Source of the DNA: an uncultured Syntrophaceae bacterium
GTDB taxonomy: Bacteria > Desulfobacterota > Syntrophia > Syntrophales > UBA2192
Length of the DNA stretch: 64,000 nucleotides
Assembly: GCA_964547985.1 (NCBI GenBank)
Contig: CAZJPV010000001.1
Span: forward strand, 51,797 to 115,796
Reading direction: 5' to 3'
Shown: piece after piece, positions 38,179 through 48,248 of the stretch
How positions within the stretch are numbered: position 1 is the first letter of the stretch
How the letters are laid out: the number at the start of each line of letters is the position of its first letter
The notes under the pieces: model-generated
Databases searched by the model: none
What the model was told of the DNA's origin: nothing
Seen by the model: only the letters and a program-made list of their open reading frames with translations
Translations under genes and position numbers: made by a program

Positions 38179-39222
38179 TCACACAATACATATAGCCGGC
38201 TTTGACGGATCCCTTTTGTCAATGGTGCCGATGAGGTAGGCCTCTTCGCCAAGGGCGACGAGCCTTTCCATGACCTCCGGACATTCTTTGTCGGTAACGA
38301 TGATCATGAGGCCGATGCCCATGTTGAACACCCTGAGCATCTCCATCTCCTCAATGTCCCCTCCTGCCTGAAGGATCTTGAAGATGGGAAGTACCGGCCA
38401 GCTCCCCCGTCGAATAACGGCCTGGCATCGTTCGGGTAGAATCCGCGGCACATTGTCTAAAAAACCGCCTCCCGTGATATGGATGAGACCTTTGATATTG
38501 AAGTTCTTGACCAGATTGAGGATGGCCTTGGCGTAAATTTTGGTGGGCTTCAGAAGTTCCACATCGACGGTTTCATCCAGCCCTTTGGTACGGTCGTGGA
38601 TGCCGAGCTTCATCCGTTCAAACAAAACCTTCCTTGCCAGAGAGAAACCATTGCTGTGGATGCCCGTCGAAGCGAGGCCGATGATCCTGTCGCCGATACC
38701 GATCTTTGAGCCGTCCACGAGTCTGTCGGCATCGACAATCCCCACGCAGAAACCCACAAGTTCATAGTCCCCAGGGGCAAAAAATCCGGGCATCTCGGCG
38801 GTCTCCCCGCCGATCAGGGCACAACCCGCATCCCGGCACCCCTTGACGATTCCCTCGATGATCTGAACGCCCGTTTCGACACTGATCTTGTTTGTCGAGA
38901 TGTAATCGAGAAAAAACAGGGGTTCGGCACCCTGCACCAGCACGTCGTTGGCGGACATGGCGACAAGGTCAATCCCAATGGTATTGAAGCGGTTCGCCAT
39001 CTGGGCGATCTTGAGTTTGGTCCCGACACCATCTGTCGAGGAGACAAGGATGGGATCCTTGTATCGGGTTTTTTCCAGGTGAAAAAGGCCGCCGAATCCG
39101 CCAAGGCCGCCGATGACCTCTTTTCTAAATGTGGTCCGGATAAGCGGCTTGATGGCGTCGATAAACTCGTTTGCCCTGTCAATGTCCACACCGGCATCTT
39201 TGTATGACGTCTTTTCCGACAT
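38179..39222 (-). CDS. purM: Phosphoribosylformylglycinamidine cyclo-ligase (AIR synthase)
   Basis: YKDAGVD, TDGVGTK, GGETAEMPG, HSNGFSL, HITGGG, FNMGIG. Confidence 0.97.
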   Translation of the reverse strand: MSEKTSYKDAGVDIDRANEFIDAIKPLIRTTFRKEVIGGLGGFGGLFHLEKTRYKDPILVSSTDGVGTKLKIAQMANRFNTIGIDLVAMSANDVLVQGAEPLFFLDYISTNKISVETGVQIIEGIVKGCRDAGCALIGGETAEMPGFFAPGDYELVGFCVGIVDADRLVDGSKIGIGDRIIGLASTGIHSNGFSLARKVLFERMKLGIHDRTKGLDETVDVELLKPTKIYAKAILNLVKNFNIKGLIHITGGGFLDNVPRILPERCQAVIRRGSWPVLPIFKILQAGGDIEEMEMLRVFNMGIGLMIIVTDKECPEVMERLVALGEEAYLIGTIDKRDPSKPAICIV

Positions 39223-39519
39223 AGGCACTCCGGCTTTATCCGCCCCGAATGATGAACCCCAAGCCAGGTCCCTCAGGTCAGCGGAATCTTGTGGTTCAGG
39301 CTTCGGGGACAGGGATCCCCCTCAGGGTCTTTGATTTGGCTGGGGGTGAGATCCGGGAAGAAGAGATAAGGCCACTTGAAATTTCTTCCAGGCATTTTAG
39401 TGAGTTCGTAACTTAAAACGACTTAAAAGTCAATTCTTTCCTTGAGAATCATCAGGATTTTTGCTAAGGGATGGCCGATCTTTATGATTGAAATCATTTA
39501 TTATTTAACCTGATTCCGG

Positions 39520-42015
39520 GTGCAGGCACCGTCCATGATGGAAGACCCGAGCAGACTGATCGAAAAAATGGAAGGACCGCTTCGATTTTTCTCCCGTGAG
39601 GACTTCAGAAGTCTTCACCTGCTGAAGGATTTCGAAGCGTCCATGGAAAGGCTATTGTCAGCCCTGAGAAAGGCCTGCCGCACCGGCAGGATATCCTCTT
39701 CCGTGAGCAACAGCAACCGAATTGAAGAGATTGTCCGGGACTTGGAACGACATTTCGAGGGGTTCGATACCCTGCCGGTCGATGATAAGAAATCAAGAAT
39801 CCAAGGCGCCCTGGCGCTCGTGGACAGCCTGAAAACCCTTATTCCGTCGCAAGGAGAAAGTTCCGCAGGGGATGCGGAAACCCATGACCATGGACAGGCA
39901 GCGTTTCATCGATCAGCCTTCGAGAAGTTGTCGCTTCCCGTCCAATACGTGAAGGGGGTCGGTCCGAAGCTAAGCGCCCTTCTGGGGAAAAAGGGTCTTA
40001 TAACCGTCGAGGACATGATCTATTTTCTCCCCCGCAAGTATGAGGACCGACGTTTCGTGAGAAGCATATCGGCGACCCGGCCGGGTATGAAAGAGACGAT
40101 TGTTGGGGAGGTCCAGTCGGCGCAGATCCGGCTGTACCGTAAGAAGAGGGTGTTCGAGGTGCAGGTGGCCGACGGGACGGGGGCACTGACCGCCAAATGG
40201 TTTCACGGGAATTACCCTTTTCTGAAAAAGATCTTTGAAAAAGGCAAACGGATCATCTTCACAGGCGAGATCAAGGGATTCCTCTTTGAGAAGGAGCTGA
40301 TCCATCCGGACTTCGAAGTGCTCGAAGAAGACGATGATCATCTGCTCCACTTCAAGAGGATTGTGCCGATCTACTCTGAAACAGAGGGTCTGGGGCAGAA
40401 GAATCTCCGGCGGATCATGAAGCGTGTTGTGGATGATTTCACCGGCTATGTCCTGAGTCCTCTGCCGGAGGACATTCTGCAACGACAGGGTCTGCAGGAC
40501 ATGCATCGATCCATCCGGGCGGTACACTTCCCCGAGGGTGACAGTGATGTCGAAGCGCTCAACCGCATGAACTCTGAAGCGCACCGGCGGATGATCTTCG
40601 ATGAGTTTTTCTTTTTCGAACTGGGCATGGCCCTACGAAAAAAGGGGACCCTCCTTCACGTGGGTATCCCGATGCGACCAAAGGGAGAGGGCCTGAAGAG
40701 ATTTCTGCAGAGGCTTCCCTTTGAGCTCACAGCCGCGCAACGGCGTGTCATCGGTGAGATTACGGGGGATATGGAAAAAAGCATCCCGATGCACAGGCTG
40801 CTCCAGGGGGATGTGGGATGCGGGAAGACCGTCGTCTCCATGGCGGCAATGATCGTCGCCTGCGAAAGCGGCTATCAGGCCGCCATCATGGCGCCCACAG
40901 AAATCCTGGCCGAACAGCACCACCGGAACATCACGAATTGGGCGGCCGCCCAGGGGTTCAATACGGTGATCCTGACGGGAAGCCTGAAGGCCTCCGATCG
41001 GAAAAAAGCCTTTAAGGGGATCGAGCGGGGCGAGGTAGACATTATCGTGGGTACCCACGCCCTGATACAGGAGGAAGTGAAATTCCACAGGCTCGGGCTT
41101 GTCATCGTGGATGAACAACATCGGTTCGGCGTGATACAGCGGGCCCTTCTGCGGGAAAAGGGCGTTCATCCCCATATCCTCGTGATGACAGCCACGCCCA
41201 TACCCCGGACGCTTGCCATGACGGTCTATGGCGATCTCGACGTCTCCGTAATCGACGAAATGCCACCGGGGAAAAAACCGGTCAAAACCAGGATCTTTTA
41301 TGAAAAAGAACGGCAACGGGTCTATGACATCATCCGCAAGGAGATGGTGAAGGGGAATCAGGTTTTTGTCGTCTATCCGCTCGTGGAGGAGTCGGAAAAT
41401 GTCGATCTCCGGGACGCCACAAAAATGGCGGAGCACCTTCAGAAAGACGTTTACCCCGAATTCAAGGTCGGCCTTATCCACGGCCGCATGAAAGGTCGGG
41501 AAAAAGACAGGATTATGGAACGGTTCATCGGGAAAGAAATTCATCTGCTCGTCTCGACCACCGTGATCGAGGTCGGTATCGACATCCCCCAGGCTTCGCT
41601 CATGGTGATCGAGCATGCCGAACGTTTCGGGCTCGCCCAGCTCCACCAGCTCAGGGGAAGGGTAGGGCGCGGGGACATTCCCTCTTACTGTGTCCTGATA
41701 TCCGGCCTTCCCGTGTCGGACCTCTCAACGAGGCGGCTCCGTGTCATGGAAGAAACCACGGACGGGTTCAGGATCGCGGAGGAAGATCTGACCATCCGGG
41801 GGCCCGGGGAGTTTCTCGGCACGCGTCAGTCGGGACTGCCGGATTTCAGGGTTGCCAATATCCTTCGTGACGGCAGAATATTAAACGAAGCGCGGCAGGA
41901 GGCTTTCCGGCTCGTCGAGAGAGACGCCTTTCTGGAGAAGCCCGAACACGGGCTGCTGAAGGAGGTGCTCCTTCGTCGATGGGAGGGCCGGCTGGATCTT
42001 GCCTGGACAGGCTGA
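39520..42015 (+). CDS. recG: ATP-dependent DNA helicase RecG (long N-terminus)
   Basis: VKGVGP, QGDVGCGKT, DEQHRFG, TATPIPRT, QLRGRVGRG, RGPGEFLGTRQSG. Start uncertain (39520 or 39535). Confidence 0.96.
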   Translation: MQAPSMMEDPSRLIEKMEGPLRFFSREDFRSLHLLKDFEASMERLLSALRKACRTGRISSSVSNSNRIEEIVRDLERHFEGFDTLPVDDKKSRIQGALALVDSLKTLIPSQGESSAGDAETHDHGQAAFHRSAFEKLSLPVQYVKGVGPKLSALLGKKGLITVEDMIYFLPRKYEDRRFVRSISATRPGMKETIVGEVQSAQIRLYRKKRVFEVQVADGTGALTAKWFHGNYPFLKKIFEKGKRIIFTGEIKGFLFEKELIHPDFEVLEEDDDHLLHFKRIVPIYSETEGLGQKNLRRIMKRVVDDFTGYVLSPLPEDILQRQGLQDMHRSIRAVHFPEGDSDVEALNRMNSEAHRRMIFDEFFFFELGMALRKKGTLLHVGIPMRPKGEGLKRFLQRLPFELTAAQRRVIGEITGDMEKSIPMHRLLQGDVGCGKTVVSMAAMIVACESGYQAAIMAPTEILAEQHHRNITNWAAAQGFNTVILTGSLKASDRKKAFKGIERGEVDIIVGTHALIQEEVKFHRLGLVIVDEQHRFGVIQRALLREKGVHPHILVMTATPIPRTLAMTVYGDLDVSVIDEMPPGKKPVKTRIFYEKERQRVYDIIRKEMVKGNQVFVVYPLVEESENVDLRDATKMAEHLQKDVYPEFKVGLIHGRMKGREKDRIMERFIGKEIHLLVSTTVIEVGIDIPQASLMVIEHAERFGLAQLHQLRGRVGRGDIPSYCVLISGLPVSDLSTRRLRVMEETTDGFRIAEEDLTIRGPGEFLGTRQSGLPDFRVANILRDGRILNEARQEAFRLVERDAFLEKPEHGLLKEVLLRRWEGRLDLAWTG

Positions 42016-42148
42016 GGTTGCCGAAATACTTTTTGACAAGTTGCTTAAATTATTGTAAAAACTCATTTTTATTTTTAGCCCGAGCAAAGCCCCGGCGTGA
42101 AGTCGCCGTTTCGAGGGCTTTCATAAAAACAGCGTGGGGTCAAGAGCG

Positions 42149-43468
42149 ATGAAAAACATATATGTCGGCCTAATCGGTTTTGGAACCATCGGGACAGGTG
42201 TCGCTAGGCTCCTTCAACAGAACGGCCACCTGATCGAGAAGCGCCTCGGCGCGCGAATCGTTCTAAAAAAGATTGCGGACATCGACACGACAACCCCGAG
42301 GCCCGTGACGGTCGAAAAGGGCATTCTCATCAGGGATGCGAACAAGATCCTTGAAGACCCCGAAATATCCGTTCTTATTGAACTCATCGGCGGTTATGAG
42401 CCCGCACGATCCTTCGTTCTGAAGGCCATGCGGAACAAGAAGCACGTGATCACGGCCAACAAGGCGCTCCTGGCCACTCATGGAAACGAAATCTTCCGCG
42501 TGGCCGAGGAGGAGGGGGTGAATATCGGTTTCGAGGCCAGTGTGGGAGGAACGATCCCCATCATTAAGACCATCAAGGAAAGCCTGGTAGGTAACCGCAT
42601 CCGATCCGTCTTCGGGATTATGAACGGCACGACCAACTATATCCTGAGCAAAATGACCGATGAAAGGAAGAACTTCAAAACGGTCCTCAAGGAGGCGCAG
42701 GCCCTGGGGTTCGCCGAGGCCGACCCTACCTTCGACATCGAGGGCATCGACACAGCCCACAAACTGACGATCCTTCTGTCGCTTTCCTACGGGAAGAAGG
42801 TCAACCTGGAAGACATCTATCGTGAGGGCATCACGGAGATCAGCCAGATGGACATCGAGTACGCCAAGGAGCTGGGCTACCGGATCAAGCTCTTGGCCAT
42901 CGCCATTCAGCGGGAGGACCGGGTTGAGGCCAGGATTCATCCGACGATGATTCCCTTCGGCCACCTGCTCGCCAGTGTCAATGGAAATTTCAACGCCTTT
43001 CACGTAATCGGCGACGCCTCCGATTCCGTATTCCTTTATGGGCAGGGCTCCGGCATGATGCCGACGGCCAGTGCGGTCGTCAGTGACCTGGTGGATATAT
43101 CCAGGGATATGCTCAAGAAGATCTCGAGACGCGTTCCCCCCCGATCCATCCAGGAGCGGGCCATCGAAAACATCCAACTAATGCCCATGGAGGACATCAG
43201 CACCAGTTACTATTTCCGCTTTTCCGCCGTCGACCGTCCAGGGGTCCTCTCGAAGGTCTCGGGGATCCTGGGCCAGCACAACATCAGCATTGCGGCCGTC
43301 ATACAGAAAGGACGGACAGCGGACAGCGTCGGTGCCGTACCCGTCGTCATGACAACGCACCGGTCGATGGAACGGGATGTCCAGGCGGCCCTGAGAGAAA
43401 TCGATCGACTGGACGTGGTCCGACGGAAGACCGTCCGGATTCGAGTCGAGGATGAAAATCTGCAATGA
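42149..43468 (+). CDS. hom: Homoserine dehydrogenase with C-terminal ACT domain
   Basis: GFGTIG, TANK, EASVGG, NGTTNY, GFAEADP, DRPGVLSKV; TTGACA at 42033 upstream. Confidence 0.96.
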   Translation: MKNIYVGLIGFGTIGTGVARLLQQNGHLIEKRLGARIVLKKIADIDTTTPRPVTVEKGILIRDANKILEDPEISVLIELIGGYEPARSFVLKAMRNKKHVITANKALLATHGNEIFRVAEEEGVNIGFEASVGGTIPIIKTIKESLVGNRIRSVFGIMNGTTNYILSKMTDERKNFKTVLKEAQALGFAEADPTFDIEGIDTAHKLTILLSLSYGKKVNLEDIYREGITEISQMDIEYAKELGYRIKLLAIAIQREDRVEARIHPTMIPFGHLLASVNGNFNAFHVIGDASDSVFLYGQGSGMMPTASAVVSDLVDISRDMLKKISRRVPPRSIQERAIENIQLMPMEDISTSYYFRFSAVDRPGVLSKVSGILGQHNISIAAVIQKGRTADSVGAVPVVMTTHRSMERDVQAALREIDRLDVVRRKTVRIRVEDENLQ

Positions 43469-44694
43469 AATATGTCATTCTACTTGGGGACGGCATGGCC
43501 GATCACCCCATCGAAAAACTCGGGTGGAAAACACCGTTGGAATACGCCAGGACACCCAACATGGACCGCCTTTCCCGGTCCGGTACCACCGGGATGGTGA
43601 AAACGATCCCGAACGGTTTCCCGCCGGGAAGCGATGTGGCGAACCTCAGCGTTCTGGGGTACGATCCCAAACGATATTTCACCGGACGCGGGCCCCTGGA
43701 AGCGGCCAGTATGGGCATCAGGCTTCAGCCCGGCGATGTGGCCTTCCGCTGCAACCTCGTCAACCTGAGCCTCGACGGAAAAGAGCGGATGGTCGATTTT
43801 ACCTCCGGACACATCTCCTCAGGGGAGGCCCGGAGGATCATCATTGACCTGAACCGGGCGATTGGCTCGGAAACCATTCATTTCTATCCCGGCGTGGGTT
43901 ACAGGCACCTCTGCGTCTGGAAGGGGGGGCCGGCCTCGGTGAAGACCACTCCCCCCCATGACATCACCGGGCAGGAAATCGCCGATTACCTCCCCGCGGG
44001 TGATGGATCCGCTCCCGCCCGCGACCTGATGATGAAATCTCGAAGCACTCTGAAGGATCACCCCGTGAACCGGGACCGTGTCGGGCGCGGTCTGAAACCT
44101 GCCAATTCGATCTGGCTCTGGGGACAGGGCGGGGCGCCTGCCTTTCAGACCCTCTCTGAAAAGTACGGGCTCCGGGGTATCATGATCTCGGCCGTCGATC
44201 TTTTGAACGGCATTGCCGTCTGCGCCGGCATGGAGGTCATCCGCATCCAGGGGGCCACGGGATACACCGACACGAACTACGTGGGCAAGGCAAAAGGCGC
44301 GCTTTCGGCCCTGCGGGACCGGGACCTTGCCTTCGTCCATGTGGAAGCACCCGATGAGATGGGGCACGAGGGGAACATCGAAGGGAAGGTGAAGGCCATC
44401 GAGGACTTCGACGAGAAGGTTGTGGGGACCGTCCTCGGAGAAATTGGCACGCTGAATGATTTCCGAATCCTCGTGCTTAGCGACCACCCGACGCCGATCA
44501 GTCACCGGACCCACGTGGCGGAGCCCAGTCCCTTCGTGGTCTACTCCTCGGTGAAGGAAGAAAACCTCAAAAACTGTCCGGTCTTCGGCGAGACCTGCGC
44601 AAAGAGGGATGGGATCATGGTCGCGCCCGGATACACCCTGATGGATGCCTTCATCAAGGATTGGAGAAGGTTCGTTGACAGCAAACGCCGTTAA
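43465..44694 (+). CDS. apgM: ApgM-type cofactor-independent phosphoglycerate mutase family (possible homoserine kinase subfamily)
   Basis: GDGMAD, PGSDVAN, GRGPLEA, HVEAPDEMGH, SDHPTP; ATGA-coupled to hom. Confidence 0.88.
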   Translation: MKYVILLGDGMADHPIEKLGWKTPLEYARTPNMDRLSRSGTTGMVKTIPNGFPPGSDVANLSVLGYDPKRYFTGRGPLEAASMGIRLQPGDVAFRCNLVNLSLDGKERMVDFTSGHISSGEARRIIIDLNRAIGSETIHFYPGVGYRHLCVWKGGPASVKTTPPHDITGQEIADYLPAGDGSAPARDLMMKSRSTLKDHPVNRDRVGRGLKPANSIWLWGQGGAPAFQTLSEKYGLRGIMISAVDLLNGIAVCAGMEVIRIQGATGYTDTNYVGKAKGALSALRDRDLAFVHVEAPDEMGHEGNIEGKVKAIEDFDEKVVGTVLGEIGTLNDFRILVLSDHPTPISHRTHVAEPSPFVVYSSVKEENLKNCPVFGETCAKRDGIMVAPGYTLMDAFIKDWRRFVDSKRR

Positions 44695-45097
44695 AATCAG
44701 GGTCATCTATGCAGATACCGACGCCATGGGCATCGCCTATCACACGAACTACATCCGGTGGTTTGAGATCGGCAGGACGGAACTCCTGCGGGAGAGGGGC
44801 ATCGTGTACCGTGAACTCGAATCAGAGGGCTTTTATCTGCCGCTGACGGAACTCTACTGCCATTATCTGAAACCGGCGAAATACGACGATGTCATCCGGA
44901 TAGAGACAAGCATCAACTACTTCAGGAGAGCCAGCATCAAGTTCGATTACGAGATATGGGATGAAGCAAGAGAGAGCTGTCTGGTCGAGGGATCCACGAT
45001 CCACGCCTTCCTCAACCGCGATGGGAAGATCGTCCGGCCTCCCCGGGCCATTGCAGATAAAATAAATACCATCCTGTCCTCTCAGCCGAAGTCTTAA
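44675..45097 (+). CDS. 4HBT/YbgC-family acyl-CoA thioesterase
   Basis: RVIYADTDAMGIAYHTNYIRWFEIGR; TTG start with ggagaagg SD. Confidence 0.9.
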   Translation: MTANAVKIRVIYADTDAMGIAYHTNYIRWFEIGRTELLRERGIVYRELESEGFYLPLTELYCHYLKPAKYDDVIRIETSINYFRRASIKFDYEIWDEARESCLVEGSTIHAFLNRDGKIVRPPRAIADKINTILSSQPKS

Positions 45098-45144
45098 ATC
45101 CAGACGATAAAAAGACGTTTCCATTTCATATTTGGGGTGATGAC

Positions 45145-45837
45145 ATGTCAGCCAGGGTGACGAGAAAAGACATTGAGAAGCCCGATCCGTTTTTTGAATT
45201 CATGGAGCGGATATACGGGTATCTCGCAAAGCACAAGAAAAAGTTTTACATCGCCGCGGGCGTTCTCGCCGGCCTTCTGGTTCTTGCAACGGGTGCGTTT
45301 TTCTACTCGCGCCATGTGGAACAGCAGGCGGAGAAACTGTACCTGAAGGCCTATGAGCTCCAGTACTCAACGACCGCTCGTGACAGCAGTAGGGGATCTC
45401 TCGCCCCGGTTCTGGCGGCCTACGAGGAGGTGATCCGAACCCACCCGAGGAGCCTTGCTGCGGCCAACGCCCATTACATGCTGGGAAACCTTTACTACCG
45501 AATCGGCGACTACGATCGATCGCAGTCGTCCTTTGAGGCCTTTCTGGATAAAGCGACCCGGAAGCATGTGCTGATCCCCTTCGCCTACACGGGTCTGGGT
45601 TATTGTCATGAAGCGAAACAGGAGTACGAGAAGGCCCTCGTAGCATTTGAAAAGGCCGCCAAGAAAGATGCCGGGGGGCTTCTAACGGGGGTTAGCTACG
45701 GCAATATGGCCCGTATCTATGAAGAGATGAAAGATCCGAAAAAGGCGCTGGAATTCTACCAGAAGGCTCTCGAGAATATCAGCGATCCCTCGATGGCGGC
45801 CTTCATCAAGCGAAAGATCGCTTCACTCAGCGGATAA
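45145..45837 (+). CDS. Membrane-anchored TPR protein (YfgM-like)
   Basis: KPDPF N-terminus, one TM helix, repeated TPR (A..LG..Y...G). Confidence 0.8.
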   Translation: MSARVTRKDIEKPDPFFEFMERIYGYLAKHKKKFYIAAGVLAGLLVLATGAFFYSRHVEQQAEKLYLKAYELQYSTTARDSSRGSLAPVLAAYEEVIRTHPRSLAAANAHYMLGNLYYRIGDYDRSQSSFEAFLDKATRKHVLIPFAYTGLGYCHEAKQEYEKALVAFEKAAKKDAGGLLTGVSYGNMARIYEEMKDPKKALEFYQKALENISDPSMAAFIKRKIASLSG

Positions 45838-45858
45838 AAAGCCAGGAGATGAAAGGGA

Positions 45859-47649
45859 ATGCATAAGCAGCTGATGTCCGGCAACGAGGCCATTGCCAGA
45901 GGAGCCTTCGAACACGGGGTGACCTTTGCCGCAGGGTATCCCGGGACGCCGAGCACGGAAATCATGGAAGCCTTTTCGAGGTACAAGGGTGTCTACGCCG
46001 AGTGGTCCCCGAATGAAAAGGTCGCCCTCGAGGTTGCCATCGGGGCAGCCCTCGCCGGCTTGAAGGCCATGGCGGTCATGAAACACGTCGGTGTCAACGT
46101 GGCAGCCGATCCCCTGTTCACGGTGAGCTATACGGGAACGAACGGTGCGCTGGTGATTATCACGGCCGACGACCCCTCTCTGCACAGCTCTCAGAACGAG
46201 CAGGACAACAGAAACTACGCGAAATTTGCCAAGATCCCGATGTTGGAGCCCTCCGACAGTCAGGAGGCCAAGACGTTCATCAAGATCGCCATGGATATCA
46301 GCGAGAAATTCGATAGCCCCGTCTTTCTCCGGACGACGACCCGCGTTTCACACTCGAAGTCCGTTGTGGGGCTCGAGGAGCCCACGAACGGCGAGGACCG
46401 GAGGGTCATCAAGTTTGATCCGGCAAAGTATGTCATGGTTCCCGCTCATGCCCGGGTCCGGCGGGTGGCCGTGGAGAAGAGGATGGAACAGCTGAATGAA
46501 TGGGCCGAAACCTTCCCGGAAAACCGCATGGAGATCCAAAACACCGCCATCGGGATCATCACCGCCGGGATGTCATACAACTATGCCAAGGATGTCTTTC
46601 CCGGCTACTCCTATCTCAAGCTCGGGATGGTTCACCCCCTCCCGGAGAAGATGATCCGGACGTTTGCCTCAAAGGTGAAGGAGCTCTATGTCGTGGAGGA
46701 GCTGGATCCTTTCATCGAGGAACAGGTCCGCGCCATGGGGATCCCCGTGACGGGCAAGAAGGTCTTCCCCTATACCAGCGAGTTCGACCCGGGCGTGGTG
46801 GAAGAGGGGATCAAAGCGCACAAGCGGGGGCGGAAGCCGCCGCCGGCCGTCCCGTCGAGGCCACCCAACCTCTGTCCGGGCTGCCCGCACAGAGGCCTCT
46901 TCTATGCGCTTGGAGAGACGAAGGCCTTCGTCACAGGCGACATCGGTTGTTATACCCTCTCCTTCATGAAGCCCCTGCAGGGACTTCACACCTGCATCTG
47001 CATGGGGGCCAGCATCGGTATGGCTCACGGGATGAGCAAGGCCCTGGGGGAGAAAGGGAAGGGGAAGATCGTCGGGGTCATCGGCGATTCGACCTTCGTC
47101 CACTCCGGCATCACGCCGCTTCTCAACATGGCGTACAACAAAAGCGATGCGGTCATCATCATCGCCGATAACCGGACAACGGCCATGACGGGCATGCAGG
47201 ACCACCCGGCGACAGGCACGACCCTCCAGGGAGAAAAAACGAAGGAACTCGACTTTGCAGCCCTGGCAAAAGTTCTCGGCATCGAGAGCGTCCGTGTCAT
47301 TCATCCCCTGAACATAAAAGAAACGACGGCGGTCCTGAAAGAAGAACTCGGGAAGGAAGGCCCATCCGTGATTGTTTCCCGGGGCCCCTGCATCTTTTTG
47401 CAGCGTGAACGGCTCAAATCCATCAAGCCTTTCACGGTCGATACCGATGTCTGCACCGGCTGCCAGCTCTGCCTGGGTCTGGGATGCCCGGCCATCTCGT
47501 GGAAGAAAGAGGAAGCGGGTCTGGTCCCTCGAACCGGGAAGAAGCGCAAAGGTTTTGCATCGATCGATGAAGCCCTCTGCGTCCAATGCAGCCTCTGCTT
47601 CCAGGTGTGCAGGGCCGATGCCATCAAATCCGCCGGAGGTCCGTCATGA
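45859..47649 (+). CDS. iorA: Indolepyruvate:ferredoxin oxidoreductase alpha subunit
   Basis: GNEAIARG, YPGTPSTE, MKHVGVNVAAD, SSQNEQD, LCPGCPH, GDIGC, GDSTF, 2x ferredoxin Cys motifs. Confidence 0.95.
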   Translation: MHKQLMSGNEAIARGAFEHGVTFAAGYPGTPSTEIMEAFSRYKGVYAEWSPNEKVALEVAIGAALAGLKAMAVMKHVGVNVAADPLFTVSYTGTNGALVIITADDPSLHSSQNEQDNRNYAKFAKIPMLEPSDSQEAKTFIKIAMDISEKFDSPVFLRTTTRVSHSKSVVGLEEPTNGEDRRVIKFDPAKYVMVPAHARVRRVAVEKRMEQLNEWAETFPENRMEIQNTAIGIITAGMSYNYAKDVFPGYSYLKLGMVHPLPEKMIRTFASKVKELYVVEELDPFIEEQVRAMGIPVTGKKVFPYTSEFDPGVVEEGIKAHKRGRKPPPAVPSRPPNLCPGCPHRGLFYALGETKAFVTGDIGCYTLSFMKPLQGLHTCICMGASIGMAHGMSKALGEKGKGKIVGVIGDSTFVHSGITPLLNMAYNKSDAVIIIADNRTTAMTGMQDHPATGTTLQGEKTKELDFAALAKVLGIESVRVIHPLNIKETTAVLKEELGKEGPSVIVSRGPCIFLQRERLKSIKPFTVDTDVCTGCQLCLGLGCPAISWKKEEAGLVPRTGKKRKGFASIDEALCVQCSLCFQVCRADAIKSAGGPS

Positions 47650-48230
47650 AAGATTCCGTGACCAGCCTACTTCTTGCCGGTGTGGGCGGACAAGGCATCC
47701 TGCTCGCGAGCGACATCATCTGCAAGGTCATGATGAAGGCCGGACTGGATGTCAAAAAAAGCGAGGTCCACGGTATGGCCCAGCGGGGCGGATGCGTGAC
47801 CAGTCACGTCCGTTACGGTCGGAAGGTATACTCCCCCATCGCAAAAGAGGGCGATGTGAACGTCCTTATTTCCTTCGAAAAACTTGAGACCCTGCGATAC
47901 CTGAACTTCTTGACGGCGGGCGGCAGGGTCATCATCAACGAGGAAGAAATCCTTCCGCCCTCCGTAAACCTGGGTGAGACCGCCTACCCCGTCGACGCCG
48001 TGGACATCGTCCGGAGCCAGTTCAAGGATGTTCTGGTCGTGAATGCCCCGGCACTGGCCCGGAAGGCGGGAAATATCCGGGCGGTCAGCACCGTCATGCT
48101 CGGCGCCCTTTCCAAGTACCTCCTCGAGGCCTCACCGGACGACTGGAAAAGCGTCATCGGTAAAGAATTCTCCGAGAAACTGGTTCCCGCCAACCTGAAG
48201 GCCTTCGACCTTGGAAGAGAAACGGCCTGA
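47646..48230 (+). CDS. iorB: Indolepyruvate:ferredoxin oxidoreductase beta subunit
   Basis: GVGGQG, SEVHGMAQRGG, NLKAFDLG. Confidence 0.95.
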   Translation: MKDSVTSLLLAGVGGQGILLASDIICKVMMKAGLDVKKSEVHGMAQRGGCVTSHVRYGRKVYSPIAKEGDVNVLISFEKLETLRYLNFLTAGGRVIINEEEILPPSVNLGETAYPVDAVDIVRSQFKDVLVVNAPALARKAGNIRAVSTVMLGALSKYLLEASPDDWKSVIGKEFSEKLVPANLKAFDLGRETA

Positions 48231-48248
48231 AAAACCGGAAAAAGAGCG

